Positions 53,206-64,000 of a stretch of DNA of 64,000 bases are shown here, one piece after another (position 1 is the first letter of the stretch; the number at the start of each line of letters is the position of its first letter). A program made the position numbers and the translations under genes. This stretch comes from an uncultured delta proteobacterium. GTDB lineage: Bacteria > Desulfobacterota > RBG-13-43-22. The notes under the pieces were generated by a model that was given only the letters and a program-made list of their open reading frames with translations, was not told the origin of the DNA and ran no database searches. The stretch is taken from positions 155,855 through 219,854 of the forward strand of contig CAWDKY010000014.1 in the NCBI GenBank assembly GCA_963802945.1. The letters run 5' to 3'.

Positions 53206-54303
53206 TCATCTAAGGTCCCGGATGAGGGATTGAATATTGGCGTCCTGTGATTCGATACTCTCGGTGAGCTTGAATTGGACCATGGCCCGGTTCAGATTTT
53301 GCTCCGCATGCTCGACCTTAAAGTAAATATTCCCTTCTAAATAGTCGGTGAAATAACGAAGCCCCAACTCAAAGGCGATTAAATGGATGGCCTCAAACAG
53401 ATATTCATACTCAGTCTCTTTAAGGAACTCCCCGGCAATGGACAAATACCCTTTCAGAACGGCCTGACAAAAATCAAGCTCGAAATGAACCGCCTCCCCA
53501 TGTTCGACATCTTCCCCAAGTGGGTTGCAGCAAGAACGAAGGCAGTCGCCGATATCATAATGAATCAGACCGGGTTTGACCGTATCCAGATCAACAAGGC
53601 CTACGGCTTGTCCGGTATGGATGTCTATCATGACGTTGTTGACCTTAGGATCGCCATGGATCGGGCGAAGAGGCAGCTTGCCATGTTCTTTGGCCTTTTC
53701 CAGGACATCGACCAAGGTTCTTCTCTGGTTAATAAACTGCAGGGCATAATCCATCTCAAGGGATTTCCTCGGCTTAGGATTAGCCAGGACCTCATCAAAG
53801 TGCCGGAGATAACGCGGTGTAATATGAAATCCTTCCAGGGTGTCGGCCAAGGCTTCAATGGGCAGGTCCTTGATGAGAAGGTGGAACATGGCCAGGGCAT
53901 AACCGACTTCCTGGGCATGCCCGATATTTTGGATGGTCTCAAAGGACTGCGCCCGGTCGATAAAACTGATCGCCCGCCAGAATGACCCATCGGGACCAAG
54001 CCAGTGGTCACGGCCGTTTTTGGTCAAGAAAATCTTAGGTACCTCCCAGCGACGGCCAAGGCCTAAAGCCCTTTGCTCCTGGTGACTTTGGATATGTTCG
54101 CTGAGGGTTCTTAAATTCTGCATGATAAGTTCTGGCCAATGGAAAACCCGGGTGTTGATGCGCTGAAGTATGAATTTATTGTCTTTTTGGCCGTCCAGGG
54201 TCACCAGGAAGGTGTCGTTCACATGACCTTTCCCGTAAGGCCGAATGCCTAAGCATTTGCCTAGTGGTTTGAATTGTTCGACTATGGCCAAAAGAGTATC
54301 CAA
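53206..54303 (-). CDS. Aminoglycoside phosphotransferase family kinase (N-acetylhexosamine kinase-like)
   Basis: GHVNDTF, LQRIN, HGDPKVNN, DLDTVKPG, YDIGD. Confidence 0.85.
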   Translation of the reverse strand: MDTLLAIVEQFKPLGKCLGIRPYGKGHVNDTFLVTLDGQKDNKFILQRINTRVFHWPELIMQNLRTLSEHIQSHQEQRALGLGRRWEVPKIFLTKNGRDHWLGPDGSFWRAISFIDRAQSFETIQNIGHAQEVGYALAMFHLLIKDLPIEALADTLEGFHITPRYLRHFDEVLANPKPRKSLEMDYALQFINQRRTLVDVLEKAKEHGKLPLRPIHGDPKVNNVMIDIHTGQAVGLVDLDTVKPGLIHYDIGDCLRSCCNPLGEDVEHGEAVHFELDFCQAVLKGYLSIAGEFLKETEYEYLFEAIHLIAFELGLRYFTDYLEGNIYFKVEHAEQNLNRAMVQFKLTESIESQDANIQSLIRDLR

Positions 54304-54468
54304 AATTTTTCCTCAACTTTTGAACATTTTCAATATCTACGGGGTCATGGAATTCCTTTAGGATATGCTAATTTCTAATAGCCCTTTTACCCAAAAGAGT
54401 CACTAAAAAAGGAGGTTACCGGGAAAAACTGGTAAACGATTGTCTCTTTCAAAAAGTTCTTAAAAAGC

Positions 54469-54497
54469 TTGAAATGGATGTAAAAATTTGATAATAT
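54469..54497 (+). promoter_or_regulatory. Sigma-70 promoter of the mre operon
   Basis: TTGAAA-N17-TAATAT. Confidence 0.5.
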
Positions 54498-54512
54498 TTA
54501 ACTTTAATATAA

Positions 54513-55565
<1,053 letters not shown>

Positions 55566-55649
55566 GAAACTATCCCCTTGAAAATATGAGGTAAGAGCAA
55601 CCCCATCCCGCCAGAATTGCGGGGAGCTTCAAAGTTACAGAAACAGCGA

Positions 55650-56498
55650 ATGGTTATTAATAAACTTCGGAATGTTCTCCTTTTTTGGTTTGCCCTGTTG
55701 GCCCTTCTGGCCTTATCCTCTTCCCTTTCTAGAAGTGATCGAGATTATTTTTCAGTGGAAAGTTCGCTGGTGGATGTGATCCTGCCGGTTTTTTCGATTT
55801 TTCATTCTATTAAAACGGGGGTCGGGTCTTGGTGGACCCATTATATGGCTTTGACCCATACCCAACAGGAAAATAAACTTCTCAAGGACCAATTGATCCA
55901 ACTGAAACAAGAAAATATTCGCTTAAGGGAAATGGCTTCAGCCAATGAGCGACTCAAAAATTTTCTGCAACTAAAGGCCGAAATTTCAGGTCCTTCCATA
56001 GTGGCCAAAGTGGTGGGAAGTGGTCCCAGCCCATTTTTGCAAACCTTTTATATTGACAAAGGCCGAAAAGACGGGCTGGTCCGTGGTATGCCCGTCCTCC
56101 GGCCAGAGGGGGTGGTTGGAAGGCTGGAAAAAACTTCCGGTCATTTTTCCCAAGTCATATTATTAAATGATCCAAGCTTTGCCGTGGATTGTCTTTCTCA
56201 ACGGACCAGAGCACGCGGGGTCTTGACTGGGATTCCCGGAGAAGAGAATTGCCAAGTGAAATATATTGCCCGAAACGAAGATATTCGTGCCGGAGATATC
56301 ATTGTCACCTCTGGTCTGGATCAACTCTTTCCCAAAGGGCTGATCCTGGGAAGAGTCCTGCGTGTGGTTTCGCAGATCAAAGGCAATTTTCTTTTTGTGG
56401 AGGTCGTTCCGGAATGCCAATTATCGCATATTGAAGAGGTCCTGATCTTTCAAAAAAGACCCCCCTTACCGGACCAGGAGGCATCTCGAGATGGTTAA
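55650..56498 (+). CDS. mreC: Rod shape-determining protein MreC
   Basis: TM, coiled coil ENERL-like, IDKG, VTSG, FPKG; synteny. Confidence 0.92.
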   Translation: MVINKLRNVLLFWFALLALLALSSSLSRSDRDYFSVESSLVDVILPVFSIFHSIKTGVGSWWTHYMALTHTQQENKLLKDQLIQLKQENIRLREMASANERLKNFLQLKAEISGPSIVAKVVGSGPSPFLQTFYIDKGRKDGLVRGMPVLRPEGVVGRLEKTSGHFSQVILLNDPSFAVDCLSQRTRARGVLTGIPGEENCQVKYIARNEDIRAGDIIVTSGLDQLFPKGLILGRVLRVVSQIKGNFLFVEVVPECQLSHIEEVLIFQKRPPLPDQEASRDG

Positions 56499-56985
56499 GA
56501 AGTTCCTCCTTTTTTTTATTCTGGGGCTGATCTTCCTAGTCCTCCAATCCACTTGGCTGTATGGGGAAATGATTAGTCCCTTTCGTATTGATCTGCTTTT
56601 TATTCTAATTATTTTTTTGGGCACTCTGGAAAGATTGCGCCTGGGGTTGCTCTTGGGTGTCCTTCTGGGCATGATAGTGGATGTCCTGTCCTGGGGTGGG
56701 ATGGGAAAGGCCATGATTTTATACCCGTTAGTTGTTTGGATATTCCATCTGGTTTGGACTCGAACCCTCATTCAATCCATATTTTTTATGGTTTTCTCAG
56801 TTCTGTTGCTGCAGCTCCTGTATGGTTTCTCTGTCTATTTTTTCCTAACCCTTTCCCAAGGTCTGGAATTCTCCCAATACCAGTCTTTCATGATTGTGGT
56901 TCAGGCCGTCATCACTATGCTTTTGAGTTTGCCGTTATTTTATCTTTTTAAGGCCTTTTTTGGTGAAAAGCCTTCTTTAAGTTAA
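56491..56985 (+). CDS. mreD: Rod shape-determining protein MreD
   Basis: Hydrophobic 164 aa between mreC and mrdA. Confidence 0.85.
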   Translation: MVKKFLLFFILGLIFLVLQSTWLYGEMISPFRIDLLFILIIFLGTLERLRLGLLLGVLLGMIVDVLSWGGMGKAMILYPLVVWIFHLVWTRTLIQSIFFMVFSVLLLQLLYGFSVYFFLTLSQGLEFSQYQSFMIVVQAVITMLLSLPLFYLFKAFFGEKPSLS

Positions 56986-58863
56986 TGTCCCGAATCTCAT
57001 TTTTCGAAAAAGAACCGACCGACCTTCCAAGACAATTCTCGATCACCACCATTATTATCCTGGCGATTTTTTTGGGGCTGTTAGGCCGCTTCTGGTATCT
57101 ACAAATGGTCAAGGCCACTTACTTTAAAAAATTGTCGGAAAATAATCGCATCCGGGTCTTTGATATTTCCCCGGCTCGAGGGATCATTTTAGATCGTCAT
57201 GGGACTCAACTGGTCAATTCCCGGTCTTCCTTTAATCTCTATGTTATTCCCGATGATGTTCAAAACTGGGATCTGCTTAAAGTGCAACTCTGCAAACTGC
57301 TCGACATGGACAAAGAGGAGGTGGAACAACGCCTGGCCCAAAAAAAGGCCAGCCCCATCCACCCCATTCCAATTAAATTAGATATTACCCAGGACGAACT
57401 GGGGAAAGTTGAGACCTTCAAATATCTCATGCCTGGAATCTATGTCGAAGTGAGTCCTCAACGGAGTTATCCCTTGGGTCCTGTGGCCCCCCATACTATC
57501 GGATATTTAGGAGAGATAACAGCCAAACAACTTAAAAGCAATCAGTATCCAGACAACCGGATAGGAGATTTTATCGGTCAATGGGGATTGGAAAAGGAAT
57601 GGCAGGCCGAATTAGGGGGGAAAAAAGGCGGACGATTCCTGGAAGTGGATGCCACTGGGCAAGAGATTCAGGTGTTGGGTGTCCGTGAATCAACCATGGG
57701 GAATAATCTGATAACCACTCTGGACTGGAATATTCAAAAAACAGCCCAGGAGGCCTTTAATGGGAAATCCGGGGCCGTGGTGGTCTTAAATCCGTCGAAC
57801 GGAGAGATCTTGGCCATGCACAGCTCTCCGTCCTTTGATCCTGCCTCATTCACCCGTAGGCTTTCGGCCAAAGAGTGGAATGCCCTTTTTTCAGACCCGC
57901 ATAAACCTTTTCAGAATAGGGCCATCCAGGGACAATATCCGCCGGGATCGACCTATAAAATGGTCACTGCTTTGGCCGGACTGGAAGAAAAGGTGATTAC
58001 GCCGGCGACCAGTCTTTTACTGTAACGGTTCCCTCCCTTTTGGAAACCGGGTCTTTCAGTGCTGGAGGAAAGGGGGACATGGGGCGGTCAATCTTCACAA
58101 GGCCATTGTCCAGTCCTGTGATGTCTATTTTTATAATGTGGGTATTCGCGTGGGGGTGGATCGCTTAGCCCGTTATGCGCGGCTCTTGGGAATGGGGCAG
58201 CCGACCGGCATCGCCTTATATCCGGAAAAAGGCGGTCTTATTCCTACTTCGTTGTGGAAACTCAAACGATATAAAGTCCCCTGGCAGCCTGGGGAAACCT
58301 TATCCCTGGCCATCGGGCAGGGCTATAATCTGACCACTCCTTTACAGATGGCCGTGGTTACGGCCACCATTGCCAATGGGGGCAGACTGTTTCGTCCTTT
58401 TTTGGTTAAAAAATTAGTTTCTCCTCAAGGGGAAGTGATCAAAGAATTTTTCCCCCAGTTGGTTGGGCAGGTCTCTATAAGCTCTGAAAATTTCAGAATA
58501 GTCCGCGAAGCCATGGCCGGTGTGATTAATGAACCGGGAGGAACAGGCGGGGCAGCCCGCCTTTGGAGCATTGTTGCCGCCGGAAAAACAGGAACGGCCC
58601 AGGTGGTCGGCCTGGGGAAACGGGGAGGCAGAGACCACGCCTGGTTTGTGGCCTTTGCTCCATTGGAATCTCCACAACTGGCTGTGGCCGTTCTTGTGGA
58701 ACACGGCGGACATGGCGGCGCCGCTGCCGCTCCAATAGCCCGGAAGATCTTTGAGGCCTATTTCCATCTGCCTCCCAGAGGAATGGGGACTCCATCTATC
58801 CAACCCCAATCCGAAACCGAATCCCAACCCGAACCCATTGCCGAGGATAGGAACCTTGATTGA
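56985..58863 (+). CDS. mrdA: Penicillin-binding protein 2, frameshift near 58015
   Basis: RGIILDR, PPGSTYK (SxxK), SCD, KTGTAQ, DHAWF. Confidence 0.93.
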
Positions 58864-59962
58864 TCGGCGATTTATCCAGAATTTTAATTGGTCACTTCTT
58901 TCCCTGGTTCTTTTTATGATCGCCATCGGGGTGATCAATCTCTTTTCGGCCACCTATCTGGCCGAAGGAGGCAAAGGGTCCCCCATTTATCTTAAACAGA
59001 TTTATTGGGCCGGGTTCGGTTTCATCTTTTTAATGATCATCCTTTTCTTTGATTACCATTTGTTGCTTTCCGTGGCCTATCCATTATATGGGATATCCAT
59101 CTTACTTTTGATAGGCGTCATGCTCTTTGGTCGCACGATTTCGGGGTCTCAGCGCTGGTTGACCTTAGCTTTTTTCTCCTTTCAACCGTCAGAGCTGGTA
59201 AAAATCTCGTTGATTCTGGCTTTGGCTAAATATTTTTTTAACAACGAACTCAGCCGCCGTTATGGTTTCCGAGATCTCTATCTTCCCCTGGGAATGGCCC
59301 TGTTACCGGCCTTGTTGATTATTAAACAACCGGATTTGGGAACGGCCCTTTTGCTTTTATTAGTCAGTCTCTCCATTTTCATTTTTTTAGGAATAGCCTG
59401 GAAGACCCTATTTGTTTCCCTAGGAGGTCTGATCCTGTCCCTGCCCTTATTATGGTTTTTTCTTAAAGATTATCAGAAGAAAAGGATCCTTATTTTTTTT
59501 CAACCGGAATCGGACCCTTTAGGGGCCGGCTATCATATCCTCCAGTCCAAGATCGCCGTTGGCTCAGGCGGTTTTTGGGGTAAGGGATTTCTGAAAGGGA
59601 CCCAAGGACAACTCCGCTTTTTACCCGAACAGCATACTGATTTTGCCTTTTCGGTTCTGGCCGAGGAATGGGGATTTATCGGTTCTCTGGTCGTGGTCAC
59701 CCTTTTCCTACTTTTGATCTTATGGGCCTTGAATATAGCCCGCCAATCCAAGGATCGTTTCGGCATGGTCATTGCTCTGGGGATATGTGCTGTCTTTTTT
59801 TGGCAAAGTTTAATCAATATAGGCATGGTCGTCGGCCTTGTCCCGGTAGTCGGGGTGCCCTTGCCTTTTATCAGTTATGGGGGATCTTCAATCATAGCCA
59901 CCCTGATCGGAATCGGACTGCTCCTAAACATCCAAATGAGGCGGTTTGTCATTCAATCATGA
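58856..59962 (+). CDS. rodA: SEDS peptidoglycan glycosyltransferase RodA
   Basis: QPSELVK, QPDLGT, LPEQHTDF, PFISYGGSS; TTG start. Confidence 0.95.
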   Translation: MIDRRFIQNFNWSLLSLVLFMIAIGVINLFSATYLAEGGKGSPIYLKQIYWAGFGFIFLMIILFFDYHLLLSVAYPLYGISILLLIGVMLFGRTISGSQRWLTLAFFSFQPSELVKISLILALAKYFFNNELSRRYGFRDLYLPLGMALLPALLIIKQPDLGTALLLLLVSLSIFIFLGIAWKTLFVSLGGLILSLPLLWFFLKDYQKKRILIFFQPESDPLGAGYHILQSKIAVGSGGFWGKGFLKGTQGQLRFLPEQHTDFAFSVLAEEWGFIGSLVVVTLFLLLILWALNIARQSKDRFGMVIALGICAVFFWQSLINIGMVVGLVPVVGVPLPFISYGGSSIIATLIGIGLLLNIQMRRFVIQS

Positions 59963-60128
59963 CGGCACAGTTAAAAGCTCACCTGTCCCGCGTTTCCCGG
60001 GATTGCGCTACGCCCTTCCCCGCCTTTCGGCGGGGCAGGCTTATTGCGACGTACTACAATGTACGCCTCATTCCTCAGGGCTTGCGCGTTAGTCCCGCCT
60101 TGGCGGGAAAGTTTTTAACTGCGCCGTC
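59961..60128. mobile_element. MITE-like element
   Basis: TIRs gacggcacagttaaaa / ttttaactgcgccgtc; core shared (inverted) with 33173-33295. Confidence 0.75.
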
Positions 60129-60198
60129 CTAATAGATTATCCAGGCAATTTAAACTTTCAATTCGGGATTTATTTTCACCGAGGAAAAAATCAGATCC

Positions 60199-62173
60199 AT
60201 GACTCCTCAAAACTCCACGGTTCCGTTAATTCTGGCACCGGCCGGCAACAAGGCCAGTTTCCTGGCCGCGCTGGCGGCCGGGGCAGATGTTATTTATTGC
60301 GGCTTGAAGCAGCTTTCCGCCCGCATGGAAGCCAAAAACTTTACCCTGGAAGAATTAGCTGGGCTTACTGATCTGGCACATAGCCAAGGGACACGGATCT
60401 ATGTCACTCTGAACACGCTGATAAAACCTGATGAACTGGATCAGGCCGGAAAACTTATGGATGATCTTAACCGCCGGGTGCATCCGGATGCCCTGATTAT
60501 TCAGGATTTGGCCGTGATAGAGCTGGCCCGGCAGACCGGTTTTCCTGGTGAGCTTCACCTCTCCACTCTGGCCAACTGCGGTTTTGGTGCCGCCTTTTCC
60601 CTAATCAGCCGTATCCCCGGCGTCAGCCGGGTTATTCTTCCTCGTGAGCTCAGCATCAATGAAATCAAACAAGTGGCCGAAGTATGCCCTGATCGTATCG
60701 GGCTGGAGGTTTTTGTTCATGGGGCGTTATGTTATGGGATATCTGGCAGATGTTACTGGAGTAGTTATTTAGGAGGGAAAAGTGGGCTGAGGGGAAGATG
60801 CGTCCAGCCCTGCAGGCGTCTCTATCGCCAGGAAGGGACATCCAAGCGGTATTTTTCCTGTCAGGATCTCAGCCTGGATGTGCTGATCAAAATCCTGCTG
60901 TCTGTTCCGGCCATAAAGGGATGGAAGATAGAGGGTCGTAAAAAAGGCCCTCATTATGTTTATTACACCGTCCGGGCCTATCAAATGTTACGCGATCATC
61001 CCCAGGATCTAGCGGTTAAAAAAGAGGCCCTAACCTTGCTGAGTCAGGCCATGGGCCGTCCCGGGACGCATTATCATTTTCTTCCCCAGCGACCTCAAAA
61101 CCCCATTCAGACTGAGGTGCAAACCGGTTCAGGGCGGTTATTGGGGAGGGTTTCAGGGGAAGGGGACAAACCCTATCTTCAGCTTAAGCAGGAACTCATA
61201 CCTGATGATGTCCTTAGAATCGGTTATGAAGATGAACCCTGGCATGCCACCTTAAAGGTCAGCCGTGGAATGTCTCGGGGTACACGATTTTATCTAACTC
61301 CCGGCGTCAAAAAAAGACCGCAACAAGGGGCCCCGGTTTTTTTAATCGACCGTCGGGAACCGGATTTGTCCGAAAAGATGGCTCAGCTTGAAGCGGAAAT
61401 GAAACCCTCCGATAATAGGGAAATGCCGTCTTCCCGGTTTCAAGCGGCCTTTCCTCGTAATCGGTTTACCAAGCAACCAGTTGTTGATCAAAAGGTTTTT
61501 CGACTGGCTCCCAGACGCCACCAGGGCAGAGAAAAAATCGGGCTTTGGCTATCCCCGGAGACTTTTCGGAACTGATGCGAACAACCGGGACATCTGGTGG
61601 TGGCTTCCCCCGGCAATCTGGCCCGAAGTTGAAGCCGGGTTCAATGCCCTGATTATTCAATTGTTGCAAAAGGGATGTGCCCGGTTTGTCCTAAATGCCC
61701 CCTGGCAGATTGCCTTTTTTCCACATCCCCAAAAACTCTCTCTGTGGGCCGGGCCTTTTTGCAACCTGAGCAATCCCCTGTCCATCCATCAGATCAAATC
61801 ATACGGTTTCTCCGGCGCCATAGTCAGTCCGGAACTGGGTCAGAAGGATTGCCTTTCCCTTCCCCGGCAAAGCCCCTTGCCCCTTGGTATTGTTCTTTCC
61901 GGCAACTGGCCTTTATGTATTTCCAGAATCCTTTCGGACCGGTTGAAAACAGGCAGGCCCTTTCAAAGCCCGAAAGGAGAAATTGCTTGGGTGAGTTTTC
62001 TTGATTCCAATTATTGGGTGTATCCCAACTGGGAGCTGGATTTGACCGCTTCTCATCAAGAGCTGGAACGGGCCGGCTACCAACATTTTGTGCATCTGAT
62101 TGAATTGGTTCCGCGGTTTATCAAAATGAAAGATCGACCGGGATATTGGAACTGGAAAATCAACCTCCCATAA
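60199..62173 (+). CDS. Peptidase U32 family protein (RNA hydroxylation, RlhA/TrhP-like), frameshift near 61565
   Basis: LAPAG, SAR, HLST, PRELS, EVFVHGALC..SGRC, RGRCVQPCR, KIEGR. Confidence 0.88.
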
Positions 62174-62334
62174 TCATCGAAGCTCAAAGCACAGATAGAC
62201 ATCTATTCGAATCTTGATCGGAGCAAGGGCTTTGCAAAACATCCCCTTTGGCTCAATCTCAAGGATTTGATTGCTAAGGTCCGTTGATCTCCATACCCAA
62301 GCCAACGGCTATATGTGGCCGAAAAACATTTACC

Positions 62335-62386
62335 TTGACTTCTCTATTTTTAGTGTGCTAAGAAACCAAAAGTGAACGAGCGCTCG
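62335..62386 (+). promoter_or_regulatory. Promoter and palindromic candidate TetR operator
   Basis: TTGACT at 62335; perfect palindrome cgagcgctcg 62377-62386 just before the start. Confidence 0.5.
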
Positions 62387-62395
62387 GAAGGAAAA

Positions 62396-63034
62396 ATGGT
62401 GGAAGTTCAAACCAACATAAAAAATAAAGATCTGGTGTCCAAGCGTCGAAAGCAGATCATTCAAGCGGCCTCCAAGCTCTTTTTTGAAAAAGGCTTTGAT
62501 CAAACGACCATGCGGGAGATCTCTCACGCCTCCGGTCTGACCATGGGCAGTTTATATGATTATGTCCGGAGCAAGGATGACATTTTGGTCCTGGTTTATA
62601 AAGATGTTGTGGAACGCTTCCGTTTAAGTCTGGTCGGAAACGAGAAAGAAGATCGGGAGCCCAATCCCGAAGACCTGGAAATCATCCTGCGTCGAATGTT
62701 GCGGCAGATGTACAAACTGACTAAAGCGGTCCAGCTCCTCTATCGGGAATCTTGGTCCAGACGCAAGGACGTCCATTTGCAAATGAGGGAGATCGACCGG
62801 CAATATGTTTCGGGTTTGGTTCAACTGCTCCAGAAAGGCCATCAAAAGAAATATTTCCAGTTAAAAAATCCGACAGTCACTGCCAATTTGATATTTTTAT
62901 TGACCTCCATTCCGGCCCTCAGAGAATGGAACCTATTGCACATTAACCAGGAAGAGGTTATCGACACGGTCGTCAAGTTTATTCTGCGGGGACTGTCGAC
63001 GGAAAGTCGAACCAAGGCTGCTTGGCGGACATAA
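62396..63034 (+). CDS. TetR/AcrR family regulator
   Basis: RRKQIIQAASKLFFEKGFDQTTMREI...GSLYDYVRSKDDIL HTH. Confidence 0.92.
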   Translation: MVEVQTNIKNKDLVSKRRKQIIQAASKLFFEKGFDQTTMREISHASGLTMGSLYDYVRSKDDILVLVYKDVVERFRLSLVGNEKEDREPNPEDLEIILRRMLRQMYKLTKAVQLLYRESWSRRKDVHLQMREIDRQYVSGLVQLLQKGHQKKYFQLKNPTVTANLIFLLTSIPALREWNLLHINQEEVIDTVVKFILRGLSTESRTKAAWRT

Positions 63035-63118
63035 CCTATTGACCGCGAAGAAATTTCACGATATAAACCCATCTTAAGAGTTCCCTGATACCCCCAAGTA
63101 CGAATCGAGATTAGATCT

Positions 63119-64000
63119 ATGCGCTTTCTATTAATCAATCCCTATTGTCCTGTTTCTGAGAATCCATCTCCTTCTCTGGCCTTGGCTTTTTTGGCTGGGG
63201 CCCTTGAGGAAGCCGGTATTGAGACCAAGGCGGTCGATTTTACCGTCTTTCCATACAGCCGAAAGAGGCTGGAATCAGTCCTTCGGGAATTTCGGCCCCA
63301 TATGGTGGGGGCAACTTCCGTAACCATGACTTACGACAGCGCTGCTCAAATGATTAAAGATGTCAAAATGATCGATAAGGACATCCTGACGGTCATGGGC
63401 GGTCCGCATGTAACCTTTTGGGCCGAAGAGGCGATGAGGAGCCTGCCTGAATTGGATCTCATCGTCCTTGGTGAAGGCGAACACACGGCCATCGATTTGG
63501 CCAGGGAAACTGAGAAGGATGGCCATTGGAGCAAGGTCAAAGGCATTGTTTATCGCCATGGGTCCGAAGTCCTCAGGACCGGCCCAAGGGAACAGATCGT
63601 CGATCTGGATTCCTTGCCCATGCCCGCTAGGCATTTGTTCCCTTTGGGCAGATACCGGGCCCTAGGAATGCCCATTACCATGACCACCAGCAGGGGCTGT
63701 CCCTTTCAGTGCATTTTTTGCGTGGGAAGAAAAATGGTGGGAGCTAGGGTACGTTACCGGAACCCCGAGAAAGTGGTAGATGAACTGGAATATCTTCGCG
63801 GATTAAATTTTCAACAGATCAACATCGTGGACGATCTTTTTACGGCCAGCCAGGATCACTGCCTGGCTGTTTGTGATGAAATAAGAAGGCGTGAACTTAA
63901 GGCCAGATGGACTTCTTTTTCCCGGGTCGACACCATCTCCAGGGAACTTTTGATGGAGATGAAGAAAGCCGGATGCTATGCCGTAAGCTTCGGGGTACTG
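63119..64000 (+). CDS. Cobalamin-binding radical SAM protein (runs off window end)
   Basis: Manual translation MRFLLINP..., GGPHVT, GEGE, TSRGCPFQCIFC, IVDDLFT. Confidence 0.88.
   Translation, partial: MRFLLINPYCPVSENPSPSLALAFLAGALEEAGIETKAVDFTVFPYSRKRLESVLREFRPHMVGATSVTMTYDSAAQMIKDVKMIDKDILTVMGGPHVTFWAEEAMRSLPELDLIVLGEGEHTAIDLARETEKDGHWSKVKGIVYRHGSEVLRTGPREQIVDLDSLPMPARHLFPLGRYRALGMPITMTTSRGCPFQCIFCVGRKMVGARVRYRNPEKVVDELEYLRGLNFQQINIVDDLFTASQDHCLAVCDEIRRRELKARWTSFSRVDTISRELLMEMKKAGCYAVSFGVL

Noticed and set aside
58011-58025. Programmed frameshifting in mrdA or aroB
   Set aside because: No convincing slippery heptamer with stimulator; indels are widespread and error-like

Overview
Bacterial chromosomal window whose gene content and repeat landscape suggest a Desulfobacterota (deltaproteobacterial) anaerobe (inference). 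Core blocks: ppx-guaB-(four-helix-bundle gene)-guaA-dnaE-UPF0280-patatin-membrane protein-rimO; thiF, ferredoxin, UvrD-type helicase and Hsp20; a 10-gene shikimate/Phe/Tyr operon (aroF-aroB-pheA-aroD-aroE-aroA-aroK-aroC-tyrA plus a second DAHP synthase); mreBCD-mrdA-rodA; U32 protein, TetR and a B12-radical SAM gene. Accessory regions lie at about 14.2-19.6 kb, 34.4-44 kb and 48.3-51.6 kb. Strongest finding: an unannotated 28-codon leader peptide with nine consecutive aromatic codons (FWYYFYYYF), plus mutually exclusive antiterminator and terminator hairpins, in front of the aro operon, i.e. a candidate Tyr/Phe/Trp multivalent attenuator. Other notable structure: inverted arms of 7/8-bp tandem repeats in many intergenic gaps (one pair encloses a four-helix-bundle gene, one sits in frame in rimO), a MITE inserted twice into the tetraloop of REP-like palindromes with 3-bp target duplications, and an island whose cargo genes are bounded by direct repeats and GGGG-type short inverted ends. 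Many single-base frameshifts, including in aroB and mrdA, probably reflect sequencing error. No rRNA, tRNA or CRISPR array was seen.
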